Positions 26,771 to 43,708 of a stretch of DNA of 64,000 bases are shown in pieces; position 1 is the stretch's first letter; each line of letters opens with the position of its first letter. Below the pieces are notes generated by a model. The model worked only from the letters and a program-made list of their open reading frames with translations, searched no databases and was not told the DNA's origin. Source of the stretch: Piromyces finnis finn (Eukaryota; Fungi; Neocallimastigomycota). Where the stretch lies: assembly GCA_002104945.1 (NCBI GenBank), contig MCFH01000024.1, positions 124,001 through 188,000 on the forward strand, read 5' to 3'. The translations under genes and the position numbers were made by a program.

Positions 26771-27345
26771 CTTTTATTTCAATTAAAAACTTACTCTTTT
26801 AAAAATGATGAAAAAGAATATTTAATATTGGAAAAGTGTAAAATGCGATAATTTAGATTCTGAATATATATAAATGGACCATAACTATATATAATCTATT
26901 ATAATAAAAATAGAAAAAAAATAAAAGGAATTATTATTCTTATTCATTATTCAAAAGTAATATTCAACTTAGAATCATTTTATAGTATTCTTTCATTCTT
27001 ACTTTTTTAGCCTTCTTATTTAATTCATCTGTATTTTCCAATGGATCATCCAAAAGATTAATATATAAATTTTCTTTTTTAAAAGAAAAATAATATAATT
27101 ATATTCAAGAAAGGATTAATAAAAAAATTTTAAATAGGTTTGTCATTTTAATATTTAATTAAAATTGTAAGCTTACTTAAACTAAAGTTTTTTATTAGAT
27201 AACCAAGTCTTTGTTTTAATTTCTTATAATATGAAGCTATCAATATAGCTATTATTACAATTAATATTGTATATATTACTAAAAAATTTGAACTATCTTG
27301 TTCTTTATATGTTTTTTGATGTACTTTTCTTATTGGTTTTTCCAT
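23510..27345 (-). CDS. Orphan protein: N-terminal single TM helix followed by long Ser/Thr/Asn- and Tyr/Pro/Arg-rich disordered regions
   Basis: Exon 1 MEKPIRKV...FLVIYTILIVIIAILIASYY..NFSL splices in phase 1 (A|gtaagc, aag|AA) to KNLYINLLDDPLENTDELNKKAKK|gtaaga, then to exons near 26640-26560, 26250-25598 and a long final exon 25438-23510 that I checked in frame. Some middle junctions are approximate. Confidence 0.6.
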
Positions 27346-29924
27346 TTTGTATATATAATGTGAAAATTAAAAACTTTGATATTTATTATAATATTTTAAA
27401 AACTTTTTTTTTCTTTGTTGTTTTTATTAGTGTGTTATATGTGATAATTGAATAATAATATAAAACTTTTGTAATATGGTGTTTAATTATTTTTTATATT
27501 ATTTTTTTTTACTAAGTCGTTTAAACTAAATATTATACAAAACTAATGATAATTTGAAAGTTCTATATTTTTTATCACTAATGATAATTTTTATATATTA
27601 AATTTGTGTGTAACATTAAAAATTAAAATGGCATATATGTATGTATTTTATTTACAAACGAAAAGAAAATTTATATATAATGCTAAATATATATAGTTTT
27701 TAACTAATTTTATTATATCAAAATAAAATATATAAAAATTATATATATTTTAAAAAATGGTTTAAAATTTTTATTTTTCTCCTTTTTTTTTTTTATATTT
27801 TGTAAAGTATACGTGATGATGAATAATAAATATTATGATATATTGAGTCTCTTAAAAAAATATGTATTTTTTAATATGATACAGAATATTATATATAGAT
27901 ATTTCGTAGCATATAACTTTTTACTTTTTTTTTTTTTTTTTTGAAAGTTTTACACAAAATAGAGTTTGTTGTTATTTTCTAAAAGTTATCCATAATTATA
28001 TTATTATAGTAAAAAATTTTGAATTATTGTTTGGAATCTTTTTTTACTATAATAATGTTAGAATACATTATTGTTAAATGTAAAATATCATAATTTTTTT
28101 TTTGTTATTGTTATTATTAAATAGCCTCTTTTTTATTATAAATATAATATTTGTAAGAAAGATTCTAATAATAAAGAATATTGTGTTTAAAATTTCTTCT
28201 TTTTATTTTTTAAAGTTATAATTTTGTTGATATATTAGATAATTAAAAAGAAAGATAAAAGAAACGCGAAAACCATCAATAGTCTAATATAATAATATCA
28301 ATATTTTGTTTTATTATTGTATATTAATATTATAAAGTAATAAATACGTTTCTTCTATATTTATATAATATAAAAATGATATATATACATAATTTATTAA
28401 TTAATAGTCTTATTATTTATTATTTCATTACTACAATAAATTTCCATAAAATATTTAAAAAAAAAAGTTGTTTTATATTTAATAATGTGATTAAATATTC
28501 AAATTAATTTAAAATTAAAAATATATATTTATTATTTAAAATTTTAAATATATAAAATTTAAGTGATATATTACTTTTTTTTAAAAAAATAAAAAAATTA
28601 TTCTACTTGTGACTTCAACACTTTTATATATTGAATAATAATAATTTGTATATAATTTTTTATTATTTTTTTTCTTTTTCCTCTTTGTGTATTGAATAAA
28701 TTTAACTTTTTTATTATGTAATATTAATTTCAAAAATACGATGTGGTAATTTATTATATATAGCAATTGTCTTATAAGGAAATTTATTATATATTTGATT
28801 TCAAAGTAAAATATTCAACTGGGTACCTCAAATCAATTATAGTTTATTTTTATTATAGTACTAATACTCTTTTTTTTTTCTTCTTTACTTTTTTCAAACT
28901 ATATAAACTAATGGATTGAAAATAATAAAAAAAAATAATGTTGATTGGAATGAATTATACAAATAGGTAATAATAAAAATAAAAAGAAAAATATATTAAA
29001 AAATGAAAAAATGAAAAAAATGAATGAAATAATAATTAATTATATGAAATATTAAAAAAATAATATATTTTAAAAAAAATTAATATAAAATTAAAAAATA
29101 AATAAATTTAATAAATAAAAATTAATAAAAAAAAACTGAAATTATTAAAAATATTAAAATTAATAAAAAAATACAAATTAAACAAAATTAAATGAACTAA
29201 ATGTTAATTGAAATTCTAATTTAAATAATATATGATATACATATATTACAATACATTTAAATTTTTCATATATTTAAAACTTTCAATATTAATAAAATGG
29301 TTTATTAACAACCTAAATCAAAAGGAAATAGAATAATAAAAAATGATAAAAGTAGAGAATAAAGTTTGATTACAATATATACACACAGATAGTTAAAATC
29401 GTTTAGGTTTTCAATAATATAATGCTTTTGTATAGAAAATGAAAAGATAACCTAACAATTTTTCAAATTATGATTAATAAAATTATTAAATTAATTGTAT
29501 ATTATAAGTTAAAAAATTATAATGTAAAGTTAAAATATATTTAAAAAGAAATAATAAAAATTATAATTATTAATAATATATATTCGTATTTTAAGATTAA
29601 TTGGGAATTTGATCCGTTAAGATTATATGATTATACATTTAGTAATACTCTACAACACTACTTTTTATTTAAACCTACGAAGTTAAAGAGAAAAATTGGT
29701 AAACTAATCACATTATAGGAAGGGAGGGAAAAAAAAAGTGAATGTAAAAAAGAAAAAACTTTAATCATCATTAAAATTTCAAATGAACTTTTTTTATAAT
29801 AAAATACTGCTATAGTGAAATTAGTTGATAATAATGATTAAAATTATAATAAATAAATTATAATAGCTATATAGTATTTGGTAAACACTTTTAAAGGATA
29901 CAAGCCAGGAAATTTTTTGTTCCT

Positions 29925-30242
<318 letters not shown>

Positions 30243-31495
30243 TAATCACAAACAATTTATGCATTGAATATTGTATATGATAATCAAAACATAAAATAAA
30301 ATAAATTACAACTATTACTATTATTTTTTATTTAAAAAAAGGAAAATAATTCAATAATAATTGATCTATATATTTAGTATAAGCATTACAGTTTAATTGA
30401 TTTTTATACTTTTTAATTAAAAAATTCTAATTCACATTCAATATCATTATGGTTTATTTAATATGAAAAGTATATTATATAATATATATAATATATACTA
30501 TTAATTAAAAGTTTAAATTAAATGTAATTAGAAAAGTAAAAAGATAAAAAAAATATATATACATTAAAATAACTATACATACCATTATTCCCATCATTCT
30601 GTTTTTTATGTTTCTAAAACTTTTAATAAAAGGTTTATAATATTTAAAAAAAAAAAAAGTAATTATTATTGTTATAATATATAATATTTATTATCAATAG
30701 TATTACATATGCTATTACTACCATATTACTAATACTACAATTATTAATAACCTAAATCTAATTACTAATATTCAACCATATATTAACAAAATCTTAACAA
30801 CTATTAAATACTATTAATACACATCACATTTGAGTTTGAGTTTATGTTTTACGAAATTTTAATTTTTCTTTCTTTTTTATATAGAATTAAAAAATAGATT
30901 ATAATAGTAAACATTGTATTTTACACTTTTTTTAATTTCCGTACTTTAATATTTTAATTGTATAAAAAATAAAGGTATAAAGTATAATTATGAATAAACA
31001 GTATCATAAATTTGATGTTGATTAGATACTTTGAAAATAAAAAAAAATTGTATAACTCTACTTTTATTATCAATTATTATTTATTAAGTGTCTGTAAAAA
31101 CTATTTAATAAACTTTTTTTTTATTTTTTTTTTTTTATTTTTTGTTTCTATCTAATAATTATTATTAAATAATGAATGGAAAATATAAAAAAAAAAAAAA
31201 GTAAAAACTTTTTTTATGACTATTAAATTACTATTTTTGTTTTTAATTTAATTCTATAATAAAATCTTTAGTAATAAGAATTTCTACAAATGTATTTAAC
31301 TTTTGTAACGTAATACAAAAATAAATTGTTTAAGTTATACACACACATATCTTTTTTCAAAGGATGTTTTTTATTTATATTTATTTATTTTAAAAAGGTG
31401 AACTTTAAATGGTATTATTATTTATTTCTTTATGTCTTTTTCTTTATATATATATATTTTTGAAGTTATAAAAATAATTCAAAGTTTAATAATAA

Positions 31496-32890
31496 TTATA
31501 TTAGCACAAATATGGTAGATATAACAATATCTAAAAATAAAACAATAAAGAAATTTCTTTTACTTTTCCATTTATGGAAATTTATGATTTCTCCATCTCT
31601 TATATCTATAATATCAAAATAACCTGAAATACTAATTAAAAATATGAATAATATTAATAATAAGATATGACATTTCTAATTATTTCTTTTTATTATTATT
31701 ATTATTATAAAGTGTAAAAGAAAAAAATTACCTTTTGCCTAAAAATCCTATTATAAAATCAAAATCATTAACATATACTGATATCGAATGTAGTGAAATA
31801 AATAGTGGTATATAACTTAGAAAAATACGTAAAAATCTTGAGCTTTTATAAAAGACTAATAAAAATAAATTTACTATAACAATAAAAAATAATAGTAATC
31901 CAAGTATAAATCGAATAAGTGAATGTTTACGAGAAACATTACTTTTTATTCTTTTGATAAGAAATCGTTGATATGGACCAACATTTAATATATATAATGC
32001 TTGTTGATAAATATCTTCGAATAATTCATAATACCATTGATTTTCCTTGTATATCTTCCTTTCTATATCTTTAATAATATCCGATGATACCTCAATATTC
32101 TTAGAATGGTTTTCATTAACTATATAGGTTTGAAATAATAATTTTGCACTATATAATAAATCTTTTTCAGTAATATTTCGCTTTATGGTTTGCTTCACAG
32201 AAGAATTATTATCATTATTTCCAGGAAATGATATATTTAAATTGGTTATGTCTTGTTCACTATTTGTTTTAACTATATTATCTATATTATCATATATATA
32301 TATATAGTTTTTATTTTAATTATATAATATGGTATCATAAATTTAAGATTTATCTCCAATTTTTTATTATTAATATAAAATACATATATAATGTATAAAA
32401 GGATAATATAGGTACTAAAAAATTAATTGTATTAAATACCTGAATTATATTCCATTTCATTGTTTCTAAAAATATTATTTTGATTATTAAGACGATGATT
32501 AAGAATATTACTCAATTCTTTATTCGAATTAATAGTTTTAAAAGAAGGAGAAGAAGAAGAAGAATTTATATTTTCTGAAGCAAATTCTTTTGAGCCTTGA
32601 TAAGCCTGAATCAATCGTTTATGCGAAATTAAATCTAATAAAAAATCCAAATAATTATCCATGGATTCAACCTCTTTCAACCAAATATTAAAATTAAAAG
32701 TACAAAACGGAGCATGTGTCTTATTTTCTAAACATTCCTTCAATGAAGGAAGAACAAACATATGATATTTTATCTTTTCTGAAATTCCATTGTAACTATT
32801 GCTTTCTAATATGTCATCTTTTTCTTTATCATTTAATTTAGTATAATATTTAATTTCATTGTCTGTAGCATATTTAAAAACCCTTTTCAT
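31496..32890 (-). CDS. RAX1: Rax1-like polarity/bud-site landmark protein (split RGS domain plus C-terminal TM helices)
   Basis: LPSLKECLENKTHAPFCTFNFNIWLKEVESMDNYLDFLLDLISH resembles the Rax1 RGS N-half; LFQTYIV...IERKIY...ELFEDIYQQALYILNVGPYQRFL is the RGS C-half; TM segments LIRFILGLLLFFIVIV..SRFLRIFLSYIPLFISL; last exon ends RNFFIVLFLDIVISTIFVLI*. Confidence 0.8.
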
Positions 32891-33702
32891 GGTTTCAGGT
32901 CTTCAAATAGTTATCAAATAAGAAGAATATAAATGAAATAATATATATATATATTGACTAAATGTTATTAAATTATTTGTTATTTAAAAAAAATAAAATA
33001 AAAAAAAATAAAAAATAACTATATATATATATATATTTAATTTTTATTTATTTTTTTCTTTCACAGTATTATTAACAAAGTTTTTTTTTTTTTTTTTTTT
33101 TTTTATTTCTGTTTGTTTACTATAATTATTTATTATTATTATAAATATATAGGTTCTATTTCAATTTTTTTTTAAAATTCTTTTTTTTTTTTTTTTTTTT
33201 TACCTTTTTTTCCCTAATAGTTTTAATATCTATTACTCATACAACAATGTATGGAATGGCAACAATTAGTTAATCTAATTAAATCAATAAAAAAAAAAAA
33301 AAAAAAAAAACTTTATTTATATACATTTTGAATAGTTCAATGTGTGGCTACATTGAAATTTAATGCACCTAACTAAATGATTACGCAATAATGATTCAAA
33401 ATAATCAAAATAAAAATACAACTCACCCCATTAGAAAATTTGAAAAACAATAGATATTAAAAAAAAAAAAATAAAAATAACCATACACACACATTAAAAA
33501 CACCCAAATACAACCAACATACATATATATATTACTCCTCTTTGTTTTTTATATATCTTTATGATACTTTTTATTAAAGATTAATTAATAAATAAATAAA
33601 TTTCTATACATTCTATGATTTGATAAAATATGATGATGATGATGACGATAATAATGCTTAGATAGAATAACTTGTATGAGATAAAATGAAATATTAATAG
33701 TT

Positions 33703-34751
33703 TTATTTTGATCCATGCTTTATTTTTCTCTTTAAAGCTGTAGCGAACTTTCCCTTCTTTCTGTTTTGTTTGCCAAGTGTATCGACCAAATCATCAACAT
33801 CCTTGAATCTACCCTTCTTATGAGATACTTTTTCTTCACCAACATATCTTTTATTCATCTTTCTCTTTCTTAAGATACCAGTACCGTAGTTAGCTTCATC
33901 TTCTGCATTAACACTATTATTAAGACCTTCTAAATCTCTAAAGTCACCTAAATTATTAAATTCTTCTTGTAATGACATAACACCACGACGTTTATTCATT
34001 CTCTTTCTGGCCTTCTTTTCTTCACGAGTTAATGTGAAACGCATAAAGTTTTCTTCTTCATATCTTTGCTTTTCAAGAAGTTTTTCATCCATCTTAGTAG
34101 CAACTTCATGAAGACCATAACCTGTACCAGCAGCTGTTAATTCTTCTGGTCTACTATCGTATTGTTCTTGTAAATCTCTAAGTAATCTTGATTTAGCAGC
34201 ACGCTTTTGTTCACGTTTACTTAATTCACCAATATTTCTTGAAACTGGTTTTTCTTCATAATGCATTGGAACAATCTTTGGTGGTCTGTATAAGTTGGAT
34301 TCTTTATCATCCTTATCTTTTTGTTCTTCATCATCTGAATTAACCATATTCTTTGGATTTGGTTTAAATTGTAATGGATCTTGTAACTCACTGCTAATAG
34401 AACCATTGGCCATTTTTACTAATTTATCTATTTGGTATTTTAATTTTAATTCTAATGGCTTCATCTTTTCAAGAATTGTTCTTTCTTTTATTAATTGTTC
34501 TATAACTGGGTGATCCTCTATTTTCTTTCCATCTAATTTAAGCATAAAATAATAACTTAAATTAATTATGTAACTTAACATTACATTATATTTGACATCT
34601 AAAAAGCTTATTCCTTTTGATAATTCGAAATCTTCATCTTCAATCTTTTTTTCCAATGGTTTCAACTTATTCTTGACTTCTTCTATTTTTTCCTTTAAAT
34701 CTTTTAAATAAGAAAGAAACTTTGTTTCATCCTTTTCATCTATTTTAAAAT
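33703..34751 (-). CDS. LCP5: SSU processome component Lcp5/neuroguidin (Sas10/Utp3/C1D domain); short first exon unresolved (candidate ATG near 35010)
   Basis: GISFLDVKYNVMLSYIINL..HPVIEQLIKERTILEKMKPLELKLKYQIDKLV, PLQFKPNP, LYRPPKIVPMHY, QRYEEENFMRFTLTR are Lcp5/NGDN motifs; acceptor AG at 34752-34753 with a CTAAC branch point. Confidence 0.92.
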
Positions 34752-35246
34752 CTATATTAATATAATTTTTTTGTTAGTTTCTATTAACATTAAAGAATTT
34801 ATATTTATTAATTCTATCTATGTTTATATATGTATGAATCGTTTGAAATCTTTATTCATATTGTACAAATAAAGAAAAAATGCTATTCTCATTAAATATT
34901 GATTTTCCGTGGTTAACCATTTATATCTTTTATAGAGAATAAAAAGATAAAAAACTTGTTGAAACTAGTTTTATAAAATTCAAACTTGATTTTTTACTAT
35001 AAAACTTCATTTCCGAGTCCACGGGTATTTTTTTTATTTAATAATATCTACTTTTATATTTTTATTTTACCTTTTTCCATTTTTTATATTATATTATTAC
35101 AAAAAATTAAGAGTCTTAAATCAAAATCTACAATATTTTTTTAATAAATTTTTTTTTTTATAATTTTGGGTATACTTTTCTTAATGAACACAAAAAAAAA
35201 AAATTGAAAAAATAAATATATTAATGGAAAATTAAAATAATAAATT

Positions 35247-35255
35247 TGATTGGTT
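35247..35255 (-). promoter_or_regulatory. CCAAT box (AACCAATCA) upstream of LCP5
   Basis: TGATTGGTT on the + strand. Confidence 0.45.
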
Positions 35256-35335
35256 GTTTTTTTAAATATGATTGATCAATTAATTATTTTTTTTAAATCA
35301 ATATTGAAAAGGTTAATTAAATTTTTTATCTAATG

Positions 35336-35473
<138 letters not shown>

Positions 35474-35533
35474 TATATAAAATTAAATTTATTAAATAAA
35501 TAAATATACATATATATATAAAAGGATTATAAT

Positions 35534-38500
35534 TTAATCTTGTAATGTTAATAAGATAGATGCTACAATATGATAGAATTAAAAATATATATTAATACTT
35601 TATATTTTTTTTTTACTTTGTCTTTCTATAATAAAGTAAGAACATAATTGTCTACCTGCAATTAATTGTAATTCTTGATATTCTTTCATATTTTCTTGAA
35701 GAGTTTCCATAATTTGAAGGTATCTAAAAAGGGTATCGCGAGGCCAAAGGGTTTCTTTCTGTTTACCCAAAAGTCCATGAAATGTATTACTAATCGTATT
35801 TTCCCAACCTTTATTATTTTTCAATAATAAAATATTTGTGAATATAAATATGATATGTAAATACAAATATTTAATTAATAATTATACCTTGTGATATTTT
35901 ATTACTGACAATTAACAATCTTTGAATTGTCTCTATAATATCTGAATCTTTTATACTTTCAAATTGCCTATTTTAAATAATAATAAAGAAATTAATAAAA
36001 TATTATATTACTAAATAATTATATATATTATCAACTAAAAAAACTATATAACATACTTATCATCTTTATTAAATTATATAAGAGCAAAAAAAAAAAAAAT
36101 AGGAATAATTAAAATTTATAATTTATATTATACTATTATTAATATATTAATATTTTACCTTCATCCTAAATGCAACAAATAAAATATAAATATTAATACA
36201 TTATAAAATATATATTATAACTACTAATTTATATATTAATATTACCATATTTACGCTATTTAAATTTTTCGAAGAAATATTATTACTAGTTTTTGAATTA
36301 TTATTATTTAATACTTCATGGCTTAAAAGTGAATCGTCTAACCCTAGTTGATTTCTTTTATTTTCTGTATCATCATCATAATATGTATTGGTTCTTGTAG
36401 AATCTTCATTTACTGTTTTTTTTAAATTTTCACTATTATGATATGATAGTGTGTGTAATGTAATTAATGTAATTATATATTAATAATTAATTAATATATA
36501 TAAATATAAAATTATAGCTAGCAGATAGTATAAAACAATTTTATTACATTGATGAATTAAGATTTCCCTGTATCTTTAATTCTTCATTTAATTTTTTTCT
36601 CATTTGTTCAAATCTTTTAGTCTTAATCATTTCTGCTTTTTGTTCATTCATTGCATCATTAATTTTATCGAAATTATTAACTATATATATTTTAAAAATA
36701 ATAAGAAATTGTTATTAAATAACATTTTCATTTATACTTATAATTAAAAACTTAAATGGTAGGATCAAATGATTTTAGTACCCATAACACCAACGAATAC
36801 ATTTCTAAAAATAAATGCACCAAGACATGTCCAAATAATAATATAAGCGGTTGTTACAATTGGATTAGCAATAGTTGAAATCTCGGTTACCATATCATTC
36901 CATTGATCAAAAGTTAAAAGTTGAAACAAAGTTTTAAAACTTTCCCCTATAGAACTAAATTAGTGGAATTAAATAATTATTAATAAAAATATATATTTAT
37001 TAACTGTTTTCTTTTTACTTTTGTATTTTTTTACCCAAATCTATCATGAAAACGTAAATCTGTTTGTGTTGATTTTGTGTATGTTTCAAATAAACTCATT
37101 CCCAAAATAGCAAGAATATACATGACAAGCATAATTAAAATCATAATGAAAACCAAAGACTATATATTTATATTAATAATTAATAAGTTAAATTTTTTGA
37201 AAAAAATAAAAAGCTCACTAATATTATTAATAATGTTACTTGGAATGCATCAAGAATAGTTAACACAATAATTTTTAAACTTCTAAACTTAACAACCTAT
37301 TTGAAATTATAAAGGAAAAAAATTAAAATTATTTAATATTTGATTACTACTATATTTCTTATAGATTTAATATATTTCTATATTTACAATTTTAAACATT
37401 CTCAACACTCTAAGAATTTTTAATTTCTTTAGTACGTTACCAATTCCACTATTACTTCCTTCAATAAAAAAACCCATAACTTCAGGTATAGTACTCTTAT
37501 ATAAATATATTTAATTATGTATTAATTTATATATATATTGTATAATTACTTATTATGTAATTTATTTATATACATACAACAACTGTAACAATAAAATCAG
37601 TAACATTCCATCCATCTTTCCAATAATCTGTAAATGAATCTATCCATTTTATAATAATTTCTGAAATAAATATAACCATTGAAACTAAATCTACTACACT
37701 AGCTATTTTAAATAAAGTTGCATATTGATCTTCTTTAAATTGTAATTCTATAATTTTAATTTTCCATAAATATACACAAATATCTATTTAGCAAAAAAAA
37801 AAAAAAAAAAAAAAATATTAATATTAAGAAACAATAATTTTCATTACCTGTGGTGACACCAATCATTACAACATTAACAATAATAACTATAAGTATAAAA
37901 TTTTGATATGCTTTCGCTTTATATATATGTATATATAATTAATTGTTAAGAATGAATTTATTTTATATAATTTACTATTTTTTTTTTTTTATATAGGATA
38001 AGTACTATTTATTAACCAATTAGCCCATGCACCCAAGGGAATATTTTTTAAATTCTTAATTCTAGTTAATCTACGATCAATTTTTGAACCTTTTGACTTC
38101 TCTTGAATTCTCTTAAATGGTTGAAACTTAATTAAATGATTTGGATGTTCAATAAGGATTTTTTTTAAAACCTTTGGGTCTTGATAATTTTTAATATCAA
38201 TAACAATATAAATATAAATAATAATAATGTATACATTTATTAGTATTCTAATTAAAAATATTTATTTTAACATTAACTAAGTTTAAACCTGATAAATCAT
38301 TTGAAGTATAAATTGGAGCTTGAGAATTAAAGTTATTGTTAATATTATCCAAAAGTTGAAATTCATCTATCAACTTTGTCCGAAATAATGAAGATCTTGA
38401 TGACAGATCATGAAATACCTATTATTAATAAATAGTATTCATTTTATTTCATATAATAATATTAGTAAATATTAATTTTTCTTTTTTTTTTTTTTTTTTG

Positions 38501-38584
38501 TTGGTATTGTTTCATTGCATATTCCTTTATTATTACATTATCGGCGGCCCCTTTTTTTAAAACAGGATCCTCTTTTGAAGTCAT
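35534..38584 (-). CDS. CATSPER2: Cation channel sperm-associated protein 2-like, 6-TM Ca2+ channel pore subunit; apparently intact, multi-exon
   Basis: Hand-spliced in frame with canonical GT-AG sites. N-term LSSRSSLFRTKLIDEFQLLD (human CATSPER2 LPRADAIRSRLIDTFSLIE); PLGAWANWLI (PLSLWAGWVL); S2/S3 IFISEIIIKWID..YWKDGWNVTDFIVT; S4 KILRVLRMFKIVVKFRSLK; pore LFQLLTFDQW; S6 WTCLGAFIFRNVFVGVMVNNF; C-term ETLWPRDTLFRYLQIMETLQEN (ETVWPRDSLFRYFELLEKLQYN). Confidence 0.9.
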
Positions 38585-38905
38585 TGTATAATAAACTCCG
38601 TTAAAATAAATAAAATAAACTCTTTCCTTATTTTATTTTTCTTCTTAATATTTTTTCATATATTTACTATAATATTCTTATCCTCAACTATTTTCTTTAT
38701 TACTACGCTTTGTAATATTATACATAAAAGCATAAAATCAAAAATTTAAAGTCAGATAAAATAAACATTTTATGTTAATTTTACATATTTTAATAGTTTG
38801 TTACATAAATCACATAAAAATTTTAATTTACTTAATATAGATTTAATTTCAATTAATGTATTATCTTAAGAACAAAGTTTAAATATTCATAATTTAGAAA
38901 AAAGA

Positions 38906-42228
<3,323 letters not shown>

Positions 42229-42246
42229 TATTAATTTATTTGTATA

Positions 42247-42283
<37 letters not shown>

Positions 42284-42848
42284 ATTTTTATCGGTTTATT
42301 CTATATCAATTTTGTATCAAACAATTAAATTCAATATCATCAGTCTAATTAAGAGTTATTTATTAATGTGATTATGTAATAATTATTTTTGTATCTAAAC
42401 AGCATAACTTGTTAGTAGCAATGTTTTTTTTTTATTTATTTTTTAATAACGTTTTTACTATTATTAAAAAATAATAATAAATAAATAAAAAACATTAATT
42501 ATATATTTAGATGTAGTAATTGTATTTTAAAAGTATTAAAAGAAAAAAAGCTCTAATATAAATTCATTCAAATTATCATATTTCATTTATTACAATATTT
42601 ATTACTAATAAAGTGATGATTAACTTCGCAGTCATAAATAAATTTAGAAATGATTTAATAATAAATTATAGCATTACTAAAATTAAATCTTTATTGTTGT
42701 TTTTACGGTGTTTTTTTGTTTTTAATATATTAATTTTTATATATTTTTTTTATATTAAAAAGTGGTGTGTGTTGCCTTTTTGTTGTGTATTTATTCAATG
42801 TAATATTGGAAGAAAATATTTAAAATTTATGGAAAGAAATTAAATAAC

Positions 42849-42857
42849 AACCAATCA
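42849..42857 (+). promoter_or_regulatory. CCAAT box (AACCAATCA) about 325 bp upstream of TIM10
   Basis: Exact 9-mer match. Confidence 0.5.
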
Positions 42858-43179
42858 AATTTCAATATTTAACTTTTCTTTTAAATATCAAAAATTTATA
42901 TGTTGTTTTAAAAAAAAAAAATAATTTTAATATCCATTAATATTTAATATTTCAAATAAATAATACAAGGTAAATTATGGAAATCGAGATTTTAAAATTA
43001 AAATTATTGAGATTAAGATTTGAAATATATTTAATAGTTAAAAAATACATATTAAATATTTTATTATTATTCAAATTTCCCGAAAATTATTCAATTTTTA
43101 TTAACAATAATTAAAAAATTTTTTTTTTCACATTTTAAATCTTCATATATCAAATTATTATAACTTACTATTAAAAAAG

Positions 43180-43708
43180 ATGAATTTCGTAAGAAACCAA
43201 ATGCCACCACCAAGCGCACCACGTGGTCAATCACAACAACCATCTGTCAACATTCAAATGGCAGAACAAGGTATATTATAAAATAAATTTCAAAAATTTA
43301 AAACATTATAAATTAAATTGACTAATAGTATACTAAATACTTTTTTTTTTTATAAAATAAAGAACTTGATATGATTACCACTTTATTCAACAAGTAAATA
43401 TTATTTTTTTTTTTTTTTAGTTTTCGGATTTTAAGATTTAAGCATTTCCAAATTAATTTTCATTGATATTAATTTCAAAATTTTTATTACATAAAAATGT
43501 AAATAACAAAATAAATAATAACTATATATTATTTTACAGTATTCTTGATTCTTGTCACAAGAAATGTATTCAACCAAACTACTCTGAAGGTGATTTAAAC
43601 AAGGGTGAACAAGTTTGTATCGATCGCTGCATTGCTAAATATTTCGATGTTAACACTAAAGTTGGTTTACAATTACAAAAAATGGAAAAAGTTACCACTA
43701 GAAAGTAA
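43180..43708 (+). CDS. TIM10: Small Tim chaperone Tim10 (twin CX3C)
   Basis: Three exons: MNFVRNQ...QMAEQ|ELDMITTLFNK|ILDSCHKKCIQPNYSEGDLNKGEQVCIDRCIAKYFDVNTKVG. Confidence 0.95.

Noticed and set aside
33336-33357. 8-bp hairpin TTCAATGT-GTGGCT-ACATTGAA as a possible snoRNA or ncRNA
   Set aside because: Too short in an AT-rich background, and no convincing C/D or H/ACA box arrangement.
38180-38288. Apparent non-canonical GT-TG intron in CATSPER2 (TTATTG|ATATT at 38198)
   Set aside because: A canonical in-frame acceptor ATCAAG|AC at 38180-38181 gives LSDPKVLKK, which aligns with human LLDPSRQKK.
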